A DNA stretch of 32,000 nucleotides from Longivirga aurantiaca (GCF_042660085.1 NZ_JBHSTI010000002.1:510001-542000); one strand, 5' to 3'; shown: positions 1-9,375, counted from the first letter of the stretch. The notes: generated by a model from the letters alone, not told the origin. A program made the numbers and translations.

Positions 1-1
1 C

Positions 2-1108
2 GCGGCAGGTGCGTCGTCGACCGTCCTCACCGCCGTGCTCGACGACCCCACGGGCTACGGCCGCGTGCTGCGCGACGGCGACTCCGTGACCGCGATCGTC
101 GAGCACAAGGACGCCGACGACTCCCAGCGCGCGGTGCGCGAGGTCAACAGCGGCGTGTACGCGTTCGACGCCGCAGCCCTCCGCGACGCGCTCGGCCGCC
201 TCACGACCGACAACGTGCAGGGCGAGGAGTACCTCACCGACGTGCTCGGGCTGCACGTCGCGTCCGGGCTCGTCGTCGCGGCGGTGACGGCGGACGACGC
301 GAACGAGACCCTCGGCGTCAACGACCGCGTGCAGCTGGCCGAGGCACGCGCCCTGCTCCGCGACCGCACCAACACCGGCTGGATGCGGGCGGGCGTCACG
401 ATCGTCGACCCCGCCACCACCTGGATCGACTCCGACGTCGTCCTCGCGCCCGACTGCGTGGTCGAGCGCAACACCGGCCTGCACGGCCGCACCACCATCG
501 CGCGCGGCGCCGTCGTCGGCCCCGACACCACGCTCATCGACGTCGTCGTCGGCGAGGGCGCGAGCGTCCTGCGCAGCCAGGTCACGTCCGCCGACATCGG
601 CGCGGGCGCCACGGTCGGCCCGTTCACGTTCGTCCGGCCTGGCACCGTGCTCGGCCCGAAGGCCAAGCTCGGCGCCTACGTCGAGGCCAAGAACGCCGTC
701 ATCGGCGAGGGCTCCAAGGTGCCGCACCTGTCGTACGTCGGCGATGCGGAGATCGGCGTCGGCTCCAACCTGGGCGCCGGCACGATCACGGTGAACTACG
801 ACGGCATCGACAAGCACCGCACGGTGATCGGCGACCACGTGCGCGTGGGCAGCGACTCCATGCTCATCGCGCCCGTGACGGTCGGGGACGGCGCCTACAC
901 GGCGGCCGGCTCGGTCGTCACCGACGCCGTGCCGCCGGGCGCCATGGCCGTGGCGCGCGCCCGCCAGCGCAACATCGAGGGCTGGGTCGAGCGGCGACGC
1001 CCGGGCAGCCCCGCTGCTGAGGCGGCTGCTGCCGCCAAGGCCCACCACGCTTCCGGGACGGCGACCGCCGACCCCGGTGACAGCACGCACGAGGAGCAGG
1101 CCCAGTGA
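2..1108 (+). CDS. glmU: Bifunctional UDP-N-acetylglucosamine pyrophosphorylase / glucosamine-1-phosphate N-acetyltransferase (5'-truncated by window edge)
   Basis: Frame is open from base 2 ([25 protein letters not shown]). C-terminal left-handed beta-helix hexapeptides, and [52 protein letters not shown] typical of GlmU. Stop overlaps prs start. Confidence 0.96.
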   Translation, partial: AAGASSTVLTAVLDDPTGYGRVLRDGDSVTAIVEHKDADDSQRAVREVNSGVYAFDAAALRDALGRLTTDNVQGEEYLTDVLGLHVASGLVVAAVTADDANETLGVNDRVQLAEARALLRDRTNTGWMRAGVTIVDPATTWIDSDVVLAPDCVVERNTGLHGRTTIARGAVVGPDTTLIDVVVGEGASVLRSQVTSADIGAGATVGPFTFVRPGTVLGPKAKLGAYVEAKNAVIGEGSKVPHLSYVGDAEIGVGSNLGAGTITVNYDGIDKHRTVIGDHVRVGSDSMLIAPVTVGDGAYTAAGSVVTDAVPPGAMAVARARQRNIEGWVERRRPGSPAAEAAAAAKAHHASGTATADPGDSTHEEQAQ

Positions 1109-2085
1109 CCGGCATCGTCCAGACCAGCCAGAAGCGGCTCGTCCTCATCGGGGGCCGCTCGCACCCCGAGCTCTCCGAGCACGTGGCGAAGGAGCTCGGC
1201 GTCGAGCTCGTCGACACGCAGGCGTACGACTTCGCCAACGGCGAGATCTTCGTGCGCTTCGAGGAGTCGGTGCGAGGCTGCGACGCGTTCGTGCTGCAGA
1301 GCCACACCGAGCCGATCAACAAGTGGATCATGGAGCAGCTGCTCATGGTCGACGCGCTCAAGCGCGCCTCGGCCAAGCGCATCACCGTGGTCATGCCGTT
1401 CTACGGCTACGCGCGCCAGGACAAGAAGCACCGCGGCCGCGAGCCGATCTCGGCCCGCCTCATCGCCGACCTGTTCCGCACCGCGGGCGCCGACCGCCTC
1501 ATGGCCGTCGACCTGCACACCGCGCAGATCCAGGGCTTCTTCGACGGCCCCGTCGACCACCTCTTCGCGCTGCCGCTGCTGGTGAAGTACGTCGCCCAGC
1601 ACATCGACCGGAACGAGATCACCGTCGTGTCGCCGGATGCCGGGCGCGTGCGCGTGGCCGAGCGCTGGACCGACCTGCTCGGCGCACCGCTGGCGATCAT
1701 CCACAAGCGTCGCGATCCGGACGTGCCCAACGAGGCGAAGGTCTTCGAGGTCGTCGGCGACGTCGAGGGCCGCATCTGCGTCGTCATCGACGACATGATC
1801 GACACCGGCGGCACGATCGTGAAGGCGGCCGAGCAGCTCTTCGAGAACGGTGCCAAGGACGTGATCGTCGCGGCGACGCACGCGATCCTGTCGGGTCCTG
1901 CCAAGGAGCGGTTCGAGAACAGCCGCGTGCGTCAGGTCATCGTGACCGACACGCTGCCGATCCCCGAGGAGCGCAGGTTCGACAAGCTCCTCGTGCTGCC
2001 GGTCGCGCCCCTGATCGCGCGCGCGATCCAGGAGGTCTTCACCGACGGCTCGGTCACCAGCATGTTCGAGGGCGACCGCGTCTGA
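1105..2085 (+). CDS. prs: Ribose-phosphate pyrophosphokinase
   Basis: GTG start in a GTGA overlap with glmU; RPPK signatures ([54 protein letters not shown]). Confidence 0.97.
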   Translation: MTGIVQTSQKRLVLIGGRSHPELSEHVAKELGVELVDTQAYDFANGEIFVRFEESVRGCDAFVLQSHTEPINKWIMEQLLMVDALKRASAKRITVVMPFYGYARQDKKHRGREPISARLIADLFRTAGADRLMAVDLHTAQIQGFFDGPVDHLFALPLLVKYVAQHIDRNEITVVSPDAGRVRVAERWTDLLGAPLAIIHKRRDPDVPNEAKVFEVVGDVEGRICVVIDDMIDTGGTIVKAAEQLFENGAKDVIVAATHAILSGPAKERFENSRVRQVIVTDTLPIPEERRFDKLLVLPVAPLIARAIQEVFTDGSVTSMFEGDRV

Positions 2086-2092
2086 CCCGCTC

Positions 2093-2108
2093 CTAGTGCC
2101 GGCACTAG
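2093..2108. terminator. Perfect 16-bp palindrome CTAGTGCC/GGCACTAG between convergent prs and PIG-L genes; overlaps the PIG-L stop codon
   Basis: Read directly: ctagtgccggcactag. No T-tract, so terminator function is inferred. Confidence 0.5.
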
Positions 2109-2827
2109 CCCGGCATCACGGAGATGAAGAACCCCTCGGCGAGGCGACCGTCGGGGAATCCGGCCTCGGCGGCGAGGCCGGCGCCCCACCCGCGCACGAA
2201 GCCCTCGAGGTCGGGCATGTGGGCGGTCTGCGACTCGTGCGCGCGCAGCGCCTCGATCTTGCGCGCGAAGGTGTCCGTGACGTCGACGTAGTGCGTCCGC
2301 GTCGGGTGGCCCATCACCCAGACCTCCTGCACCGACCAGGCGTCGAGGCCCTCGTCGTCGAGCAGCGACGGGTGCGCGAACGGGTTGCGCGCGTCCGGGT
2401 AGACGGCCTGGATCGCGGCCTCGCCCGCGGCCATGTGGTCGGGGTGCGACGCCGGGATCCGCTCCCAGTTCCGCTCCGGGGTCTGGATGAGCATGCGCTG
2501 CGGACGAACCTGCCGGATGACACGTGAGATGTCGCGGCGCAGGCCGTGCGTGACCGTCAGCTCGCCGTCGCGGTAGCCGAGGAACCGGACGTCGGTCACG
2601 CCCGTGGCGGCCGCGGCAGCCACCTGCTCGGCGCGGCGGATCCGCGGGATCTCCGAGCGGGGGACGGCCGGGTCGAAGCCGCCGGCGTCGCCGTCGGTGA
2701 TGACGCAGTAGGTGACCTCGACCCCCGCATCCACCCAGCCGGCGATCGTGCCGGAGGCGCCGAAGTCGACGTCGTCCGGGTGGGCGGTGACGACCAGGAC
2801 GCGGGACACCTCGGTGTCGTCGAGCAC
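2105..2827 (-). CDS. PIG-L / LmbE family deacetylase
   Basis: VLVVTAHPDDVDFGASGTIA and ASHPDH motifs; GTG start at 2827 preceded by GAGGAGG. Confidence 0.9.
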   Translation of the reverse strand: MLDDTEVSRVLVVTAHPDDVDFGASGTIAGWVDAGVEVTYCVITDGDAGGFDPAVPRSEIPRIRRAEQVAAAAATGVTDVRFLGYRDGELTVTHGLRRDISRVIRQVRPQRMLIQTPERNWERIPASHPDHMAAGEAAIQAVYPDARNPFAHPSLLDDEGLDAWSVQEVWVMGHPTRTHYVDVTDTFARKIEALRAHESQTAHMPDLEGFVRGWGAGLAAEAGFPDGRLAEGFFISVMPG

Positions 2828-2986
2828 GGTTCCTCCTCGTGGGGGCCGTCGCCCGGCGGCCCCGGCGTCCGGCTTCCGGGGACAACGCCCCGAGCAGCCC
2901 GTGCGATTCCGCCGTACGGGTCAACTGCCCGGTCATCGTAGGCGGCAGGACGAAAGTCGCCCGCCGGGGTGGCCGATGACCTCGGT

Positions 2987-4846
2987 ATGAGGACTCGATC
3001 TGCCGCCGCGCGCCCGCGTGCGGCCCGGGCGGCGGTCGGCGCTGCCGTGGCGGGCCTCGTCCTCGCGCTCGCCCCCGCCGGTCTCGCGCCCAGCTCCGCC
3101 GCCGTCGTGACGCCCGCGGCCGCGCCGAGGCCCGCGACCCCCGTCTTCACCTCCGCCATCGACACGACCGCGGACTACCAGGAGCAGAGCATCTGCTCGC
3201 CCACGGCCAAGCCGGGTGCCACCAAGCTGAAGGCGCTGCTGCAGGCCACCTACGGCAGCTACACGGTCGGCATCCCGCGGGACTGCGGCCAGGGCGGGAT
3301 CAGCGAGCACAAGGAGGGGCGCGCCCTCGACTGGATGGTGAATGCGCGCAACAGCGTCCAGAAGGCGAAGGCCACTGCCTTCCTCACCTGGCTGCTCGCC
3401 ACCGACAAGTACGGCAACGAGGCCGCGATGGCCCGCCGGCTCGGCGTGATGTACATCGGCTGGAACAACCAGATGTGGCGCGGCTACGACATCGGCCGCG
3501 GCTGGGACGAGCTCCGGGGCTGCTACGCGGCCAGCAAGGCCGGGACGGCGTACGACAATGAGTGCCACCGCAGCCACGTGCACATCTCGCTGACGTGGGA
3601 GGGCGCCATGGCGCTCACCTCGTTCTGGAGCGGCACGCCCGTCAACGAGACCTGCCGGTCGGGCTGGGGCCCTGAGCCGGGCGCGCCGGTCGCCGGCGGC
3701 GACCTCGTGCCGGTCACCCCGGTGCGGGTGCTCGACACTCGGACGGGCACCGGTCTCGACTCGCCGTGCCGCCTCGGCGCCCCGCGCTGGTCCGGCGACA
3801 CCCGCAGCCTCGTGCTCGACGTCGCCGGTGCCGGAGGCGTGCCGGACACCGGCGTCGCCACCGTGGCGCTGCGCGTGACCGCCTGGGGCTCGAGCGCGCC
3901 CCTGCCCACCCTCCGCGTCCGCGCCACCTCGGCGCACTCGCCGGTCCCCGCCGTGACCGCGCTGAGCACCGGCTCGTTCAGCTCCACCGTCGTCGTCCCC
4001 GTCGCAGCCGACGGCACGGTGCGGCTCTCGCTCGACCGCGGCACGACCGAGGCCCGGGTCGAGGTCGTGGCGTGGGCCCCGCCGCTCTCGCCCACCGTCG
4101 CCGGGGCGACGGCCGCTGCCGTGTCGGCCAGCGGACCGACCCGACTCGTCAGCCCGACGACGGTCGTGGACGGCACCCAGGCGCCGCTCGAGCCGGGGGA
4201 GACGCGCACGATCGACCTCTCCGGCCTCGGCGGGGTGCCCGGCAGCGACCTGCGCGGCCTGGCGGTCACGGTGGTCACGGCGAAGTCGGGGTCCTCCGGC
4301 GTCGTGAACGTGTACAGCCCCGCCTCGTCGTACGTCGTGGGCCAGGTGCGGGTGTCGACCGCGCTGCAGCGATCCGCGCCGATGATCGTTCCGACGACCG
4401 ACGGGCGCCTCGTGCTCAAGAACGCGTCGGCCTCGCCCGTGGCGGTCTCGGTGAAGCTCCAGGGGTGGTTCGCCTCGGCGTCCACCACCGGTGGTGCCCG
4501 CACCCGGATGCTGGCCCAGCCGATCACCGTCGTCGACTCGGCGCAGGACCTCGGGATCACCGGTGCGCTGCCCGCGGGCGTCTCGCGCGTCGTCAAGGTC
4601 GTCGGGAAGGCGGGGGTGCCGGTCGGCGCCCGGGCCGTCCTGCTGTCCGTGACCGCCACCGGCGGGGCGGCGTCCGGCACCCTCACGGTCTCCGGCTCGG
4701 GCTCGGTCCCTGCCGTCGCGTTCACCGCCGGCCGGGCCTCGCACGAGCTCGTCCTGATGCCGCTCACGAGCACCGGGAACGTGTCGTTCCTGACCTACGC
4801 GTCGGGCACCCACGTCCGCGCGGTCGTGGTGGGCTGGGCCTCCTGA
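2987..4846 (+). CDS. Secreted LAS/M15-like peptidase-domain protein with three C-terminal repeat modules
   Basis: Signal peptide after ATG 2987 (MRTRSAAARPRAARAAVGAAVAGLVLALAPAGLAPSSAAV; the ORF track's GTG is 18 nt upstream). SEHKEGRALDW resembles SxHxxGxAxD and HVHISL resembles HxH. Three later segments share a ..R..(D)..G..L.V.G.GGVP....V..V.V.VTA pattern. Confidence 0.72.
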   Translation: MRTRSAAARPRAARAAVGAAVAGLVLALAPAGLAPSSAAVVTPAAAPRPATPVFTSAIDTTADYQEQSICSPTAKPGATKLKALLQATYGSYTVGIPRDCGQGGISEHKEGRALDWMVNARNSVQKAKATAFLTWLLATDKYGNEAAMARRLGVMYIGWNNQMWRGYDIGRGWDELRGCYAASKAGTAYDNECHRSHVHISLTWEGAMALTSFWSGTPVNETCRSGWGPEPGAPVAGGDLVPVTPVRVLDTRTGTGLDSPCRLGAPRWSGDTRSLVLDVAGAGGVPDTGVATVALRVTAWGSSAPLPTLRVRATSAHSPVPAVTALSTGSFSSTVVVPVAADGTVRLSLDRGTTEARVEVVAWAPPLSPTVAGATAAAVSASGPTRLVSPTTVVDGTQAPLEPGETRTIDLSGLGGVPGSDLRGLAVTVVTAKSGSSGVVNVYSPASSYVVGQVRVSTALQRSAPMIVPTTDGRLVLKNASASPVAVSVKLQGWFASASTTGGARTRMLAQPITVVDSAQDLGITGALPAGVSRVVKVVGKAGVPVGARAVLLSVTATGGAASGTLTVSGSGSVPAVAFTAGRASHELVLMPLTSTGNVSFLTYASGTHVRAVVVGWAS

Positions 4847-4890
4847 CCGGGCGGGGCGGCGTCGGCGCGCGCGCCTAGACTTGCCGCGCG

Positions 4891-7212
4891 ATGACCTCCC
4901 TCTTCGACGACCTCGGCCTCCCGACCCCCGAGCCCGAGCCGGCCGCTCCGGCCGCGCGGCCCGGGGTGCTCGACCTCGTGTCCGACCTCAACCCGCAGCA
5001 GCGCTCCGCCGTCGAGCACCGGGGCGGCCCGCTCCTCATCGTCGCGGGCGCCGGGTCGGGCAAGACCCGTGTGCTGACCCGTCGCATCGCGCACCTGCTC
5101 GCCACCGGCGACGCCAAGCCCGGCGAGATCCTCGCGATCACGTTCACCAACAAGGCGGCCGGCGAGATGCGCGAGCGCGTGGTCGACCTCGTCGGCAACC
5201 GCGCCCGCGTCATGTGGGTGTCCACCTTCCACTCGGCGTGCGTGCGGATCCTGCGCAAGGAGGCGCCCCGCCTCGGCATGACGTCGTCGTTCTCGATCTA
5301 CGACTCCGCCGACAGCCAGCGACTGATGACGCTCGTGTGCCGCGACCTCGACCTCGACCCCAAGCGCTACCCGCCGCGCGGCTTCAGCAACCAGGTCTCC
5401 AACCTGAAGAACGAGCTCATCGACCACGAGACGTTCGCGGGCCAGGCCACCAACCACCAGGAGAAGACGCTCGCGGAGGCGTACGGCGAGTACCAGCGCC
5501 GCCTGCGCCGGGCGAACGCCTTCGACTTCGACGACCTGATCTCCTCGACCGTCGCGGTGCTGCAGCTCTTCCCCGACGTCGCCGAGCACTACCACCGGCG
5601 CTTCCGGCACGTGCTCGTCGACGAGTACCAGGACACCAACCACGCGCAGTACGTCCTCGTGAACGAGCTCGTGGGCAAGGGCGACGACGGCGTACCGCCC
5701 GGCCAGCTCTGCGTCGTCGGCGACGCCGACCAGAGCATCTACGCCTTCCGCGGCGCGACGATCCGCAACATCGAGGAGTTCGAGCGCGACTACCCGGACG
5801 CCACCACCGTCCTCCTCGAGCAGAACTACCGCTCGACCCAGAACATCCTCACCGCCGCCAACGCCGTCATCACCCGCAACACCGCGCGCCGTCCCAAGCG
5901 GCTCTGGACCGACGCCGGGTCCGGAGCGCAGATCATCGGCTACGTCGCCGACAACGAGCACGACGAGGCCAGCTTCGTCGCCACCGAGATCGACCGGCTC
6001 TCCGACGAGGAGGGCGTGCCCGCCCGCGACGTCGCGGTGTTCTACCGCACCAACGCGCAGTCGCGGTCGCTGGAGGAGGTCTTCATCCGCGTCGGCCTGC
6101 CGTACAAGGTGGTCGGCGGCGTCCGCTTCTACGAGCGCAAGGAGATCCGGGACGCGGTCGCCTATCTGCGAGCGCTGGCGAACCCTGCCGACGACATCTC
6201 GCTGCGCCGGATCCTCAACGTGCCCAAGCGCGGGATCGGCGACCGCGCCGAGGCTGTCGTCGAGCTGCTCGCCCAGCGCGAGCGCACCACGTTCGGCGAG
6301 GCGCTCGCCCGTGCGTCCGAGGCGCCGATGATCGCGACGCGCTCGCTCACGCAGATCCAGTCGTTCGTGCAGCTCATGTCCGACCTGCGCACGCTCGTCG
6401 AGGCCGGCTCCGGCCCGGCCACCGTGCTCGCCGCCGTGCTCGAGCAGACCGGCTACCTCGCCGAGCTGCAGCGCAGCACGGACCCGCAGGACGAGACGCG
6501 CGTCGAGAACCTCGCCGAGCTCGAGTCGGTCGCGCGCGAGTTCGAGACCGAGAACCCCGAGGGCACGCTCACCGAGTTCCTCGAGCGCGTCTCGCTCGTC
6601 GCGGACTCCGACGACATCCCGGACGCCGAGGAGCACGGCGGCGTCGTCACGCTCATGACGCTGCACACCGCCAAGGGCCTCGAGTTCCCGGTCGTGTTCC
6701 TCACGGGCATGGAGGACGGCGTCTTCCCGCACATGCGCTCGCTCGGCGACACCCGCGAGCTCGAGGAGGAGCGGCGCCTCGCCTACGTCGGCATCACGCG
6801 CGCGCGTCAGCGGCTCTACGTCTCGCGCGCGATCGTGCGGTCCGCGTGGGGTGCGCCGTCGTTCAACCCGCCGAGCCGGTTCCTCGACGAGGTGCCGTCC
6901 GAGCTCCTCGACTGGAGGCGCGAGGACCCGGTCTCGACCGGCGGCGGCTTCAACGCCCAGCGCGCGTCGTCGGGCGGCTTCGGCTCGGCGCCCTCGCTCG
7001 TCGCGGCAGCCACGCGTCCGGGCGCGCGCAGCCCCGGCAACCGCGAGGTCGTGAGCCTGTCCGCCGGCGACCGCGTCACGCACGACAAGTTCGGGCTCGG
7101 CACCGTGGTGTCGACGTCCGGCATGGGGGAGAAGTCCGAGGCCACGATCGACTTCGGCGCCGAGGGCACCAAGCGCCTGCTCCTGCGCTACGCCCCCGTC
7201 GAGAAGCTCTAG
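4891..7212 (+). CDS. pcrA: ATP-dependent DNA helicase, UvrD/PcrA type
   Basis: LNPQQRSAVEHRGGPLLIVAGAGSGKTRVLTRRIAHL (Walker A), VDEYQDTN, GDADQSIYAFRGA, EQNYRST, LMTLHTAKGLEFPVVFLTGMEDGVFPH, VAYVGITRARQRLY-like motif, C-terminal HDKFGLGTV segment. Confidence 0.96.
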   Translation: MTSLFDDLGLPTPEPEPAAPAARPGVLDLVSDLNPQQRSAVEHRGGPLLIVAGAGSGKTRVLTRRIAHLLATGDAKPGEILAITFTNKAAGEMRERVVDLVGNRARVMWVSTFHSACVRILRKEAPRLGMTSSFSIYDSADSQRLMTLVCRDLDLDPKRYPPRGFSNQVSNLKNELIDHETFAGQATNHQEKTLAEAYGEYQRRLRRANAFDFDDLISSTVAVLQLFPDVAEHYHRRFRHVLVDEYQDTNHAQYVLVNELVGKGDDGVPPGQLCVVGDADQSIYAFRGATIRNIEEFERDYPDATTVLLEQNYRSTQNILTAANAVITRNTARRPKRLWTDAGSGAQIIGYVADNEHDEASFVATEIDRLSDEEGVPARDVAVFYRTNAQSRSLEEVFIRVGLPYKVVGGVRFYERKEIRDAVAYLRALANPADDISLRRILNVPKRGIGDRAEAVVELLAQRERTTFGEALARASEAPMIATRSLTQIQSFVQLMSDLRTLVEAGSGPATVLAAVLEQTGYLAELQRSTDPQDETRVENLAELESVAREFETENPEGTLTEFLERVSLVADSDDIPDAEEHGGVVTLMTLHTAKGLEFPVVFLTGMEDGVFPHMRSLGDTRELEEERRLAYVGITRARQRLYVSRAIVRSAWGAPSFNPPSRFLDEVPSELLDWRREDPVSTGGGFNAQRASSGGFGSAPSLVAAATRPGARSPGNREVVSLSAGDRVTHDKFGLGTVVSTSGMGEKSEATIDFGAEGTKRLLLRYAPVEKL

Positions 7213-7213
7213 C

Positions 7214-7275
7214 CGCCTCACGCACTCAAGTGCCAGAAAACCCCTGTGGTTTCTGGCACTTCGGTGCGTGAGGCG
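7214..7275. repeat. Long imperfect palindrome copy 1 (62 bp), directly after the pcrA stop
   Basis: Arms CGCCTCACGCACTCAAGTGCCAGAAA / TTTCTGGCACTTCGGTGCGTGAGGCG pair over 26 positions with one G-T and one C-C mismatch. Positions 7220-7275 are a direct repeat of 8317-8372 (49/56 identical). Confidence 0.93.
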
Positions 7276-7327
7276 ATCCTGTGGACGACGTCAGCGCGAC
7301 GACGCGGGCTCCCGGCACGGTTGTCGT

Positions 7328-8317
7328 ATGGGAGCCCATGCCGCCTCGCACGCCCGGGTCAGCGCGTTGGTCGAACGTCTCGGTATCGGGCCGTGGCGTC
7401 TGGCTGAGGTGGAGGCCGCGGGCTGGACGCGCAAGCAGATCCGCTGGGCCGTCGACAACGGCCGGCTGGCACGCCCCTCGCGCGGGCTCGTGGCACCTGT
7501 CGACGTCGCGGGCGAGGCCCTCCTGGTCCAGCGGTGCCTCGCGGCTCTGGCCGTGGCCCCTCGCGGGTCAGCGGTGAGCCACCGGACCGCCTCGGAGCTC
7601 GACCGGCTGTGGCTGCCCCAGGGGATCGACGACCTCGTGCACCTGACGTGCCCGGGCATCCCGGATCGCGACGACCACGGTGTGCGCCTTCATGGTTCGG
7701 CCCTCGACACGCGCTGGGTCGACGACCGGCACGGCATGCCGGTCTCGGTCACCGAGCGAGCGGCGGTCGACATCGCCCGTGGCCGTGCCTTCGACCAGGC
7801 GCTCATGGTGCTCGACTCGGCAGCGCGGGCGCTGGTGATCGCGGAGGCAGGCGACGACCGCGTCCTGCGTGATCCGTCGCGCCGGTCGCCGTACGCCGAT
7901 CGCGCCCGGGAACGGCTGTCGCTCGCGTACGACTCCGTGGCCGGCTGGCCGGGCACGCGCGTGGTGCGGCTGGCGCTCCCGTACGTCGATCCCTGCTCGG
8001 AGTCGCCGTTCGAGAGCTCGTCGCGCGGGCACATCCTGCGGTCGAGGGTCCCGCCGCCGGAGCTCGCGGTCCCGCTCCGCGGGGCCTCCGGGAAGCGCTA
8101 CTTCGCCGACTTCCTGTGGCGGCAGCACCGGCTCATCGGCGAGGCGGACGGATGGAGCAAGTACAGGACGGGCATCGCGACCCGCGACGCGCTGCGTGCC
8201 GAGCGCGAGCGTCAACGTGACCTGGAGGCCGCCGGCTGGCGCTTCGTGCGCTGGGACCCGGCCGACCCGCCGCGCGTCGTGATCGCGCGCATCGCCGCCG
8301 CCCTCGGCCTCGTCTGA
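7328..8317 (+). CDS. AbiEi-like winged-helix N-terminal domain plus DUF559-like PD-(D/E)XK endonuclease-fold C-terminal domain protein; no partner gene
   Basis: N-terminus MGAHAASHARVSALVERLGIGPWRLAEVEAAGWTRKQIRWAVDNGRLARPSRGLVAP resembles AbiEi-type wHTH. C-terminus has ESPFESSSR...YFADFLWRQHRLIGEADGWSKY...RDALRAERERQRDLEAAGWRFVRWDPAD (E...D...ExD...K). The ORF track's GTG at 7268 lies inside the palindrome; ATG 7328 is more plausible. Confidence 0.72.
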   Translation: MGAHAASHARVSALVERLGIGPWRLAEVEAAGWTRKQIRWAVDNGRLARPSRGLVAPVDVAGEALLVQRCLAALAVAPRGSAVSHRTASELDRLWLPQGIDDLVHLTCPGIPDRDDHGVRLHGSALDTRWVDDRHGMPVSVTERAAVDIARGRAFDQALMVLDSAARALVIAEAGDDRVLRDPSRRSPYADRARERLSLAYDSVAGWPGTRVVRLALPYVDPCSESPFESSSRGHILRSRVPPPELAVPLRGASGKRYFADFLWRQHRLIGEADGWSKYRTGIATRDALRAERERQRDLEAAGWRFVRWDPADPPRVVIARIAAALGLV

Positions 8318-8369
8318 CGCACGGAAGTGCCACGAAACCCCTGCGGTTTATGGCACTTCGGTGGGTGAG
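8314..8369. repeat. Long imperfect palindrome copy 2, overlapping the stop of the AbiEi/DUF559-like gene and 6 nt from the convergent M23 stop
   Basis: GGAAGTGCCA...TGGCACTTC core stem plus flanking CACC/GGTG-like pairing. Direct repeat of copy 1; core 48 nt is 43/48 identical (7228-7275 vs 8325-8372). Confidence 0.88.
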
Positions 8370-8374
8370 GCGGC

Positions 8375-9244
8375 TTAGAAGGAGTACTGGCCGAGGGTCT
8401 CGTAGGGCTGGACGGTGCCCTGGGTCCAGCCCGGGATCGAGCCCGGGCGGCCGCGGGTGCTGCCCCAGAGGAACGTTGCAGGGTCGGTGGGCTGGTCCCA
8501 CAGCCGCACCTCGAAGTGCAGGTGCGGGCCCGAGGTGTTGCCCGAGGTGCCGACGGCGCCGATGCGCTCACCGGTCGAGACGCGCTCCCCGGCGCGGACC
8601 GACACCTGGGAGAGGTGGCAGTACCACGTGGTCACGCCGTTGCCGAGGTCGAGGATGATCATGCGGCCGTACGCCGGGTGCCATGCCGTCTTGGCCACGC
8701 GGGCGTCGTGCACGGCGACGACGGGAGTGCCGGTCGGCGCGCGGAAGTCCAGGCCCGTGTGGCGCCCGCTCGACCAGCCGCCGCGGGCGCCGAAGGCGGC
8801 CGAGAGCTGGTACGACGGGACCGGCGAGACGTAGAGCGCGGCGCGGGCCGCACGCGCGGCGGCCTGGCGCTTGCGGGCGGCGAGGCGGTCGGCCCGCTCC
8901 TTCCGCTCAGCGGCTGCCTTGCGCTCGCGCCAGGCCTTCTTCGCAGCGAGGTGGTCGATCGCGGCCTGGATCTCGGCGCCGGTCGTGATCGAGCGGATCG
9001 CGCCGGTCATCGCCAGCTTCGGCTGCGGCGCGGGGTCGAGCACAGCGGCATCGCCGGCGGAGAACAGCTCGTCCTGGTCGCGCGTCGGGTCGAGGAACGA
9101 TGCTGCGAGCGCGGCGGTGGGCTCGGCCTGCACGGACGCCGGAGGCGCGGCGGCGAGCCCGGCGCCGGTGAGCGCGAGCACAGCGCAACCGCCCGCGACG
9201 GCGAGGCCGTAGCGGGCGGAGAAGGGCGCTCGGGGTCCGGGCAC
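8375..9244 (-). CDS. Secreted M23 (LytM/peptidoglycan endopeptidase) family protein
   Basis: HTGLDFRAPTGTPVVAVHDARV, GVTTWYCHLSQVSVRAGERV, GTSGNTSGPHLHFEVR; N-terminal hydrophobic signal and a Lys/Arg/Ala-rich coiled stretch. Confidence 0.92.
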   Translation of the reverse strand: MPGPRAPFSARYGLAVAGGCAVLALTGAGLAAAPPASVQAEPTAALAASFLDPTRDQDELFSAGDAAVLDPAPQPKLAMTGAIRSITTGAEIQAAIDHLAAKKAWRERKAAAERKERADRLAARKRQAAARAARAALYVSPVPSYQLSAAFGARGGWSSGRHTGLDFRAPTGTPVVAVHDARVAKTAWHPAYGRMIILDLGNGVTTWYCHLSQVSVRAGERVSTGERIGAVGTSGNTSGPHLHFEVRLWDQPTDPATFLWGSTRGRPGSIPGWTQGTVQPYETLGQYSF

Positions 9245-9295
9245 GAGGGAGATCCTGACCGCTCATCAGCCGAACGGCCAACTCGTTCACCGCAT

Positions 9296-9310
9296 GGAGT
9301 GACGCACTCC
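9296..9310. promoter_or_regulatory. Short perfect inverted repeat GGAGTG-ACG-CACTCC upstream of the M23 gene
   Basis: Read directly, ~50 nt upstream of the 9244 start. Operator or RNA hairpin role unproven. Confidence 0.3.
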
Positions 9311-9375
9311 ACGCTCATGATGAACAGAAAGGAGTCGCAAAACTACGGAGAGCGACGTCCTCCCGACGTCCGCGA

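Noticed and set aside
4795-7221. 808-aa minus-strand ORF opposite pcrA
   Set aside because: Antisense mirror of a confident helicase gene, biased composition, no motifs.
7268-7327. N-terminal extension MRRSCGRRQRDDAGSRHGCR of the AbiEi-like gene
   Set aside because: Starts inside the palindrome arm and has a non-conserved-looking sequence; ATG 7328 fits the domain start better.
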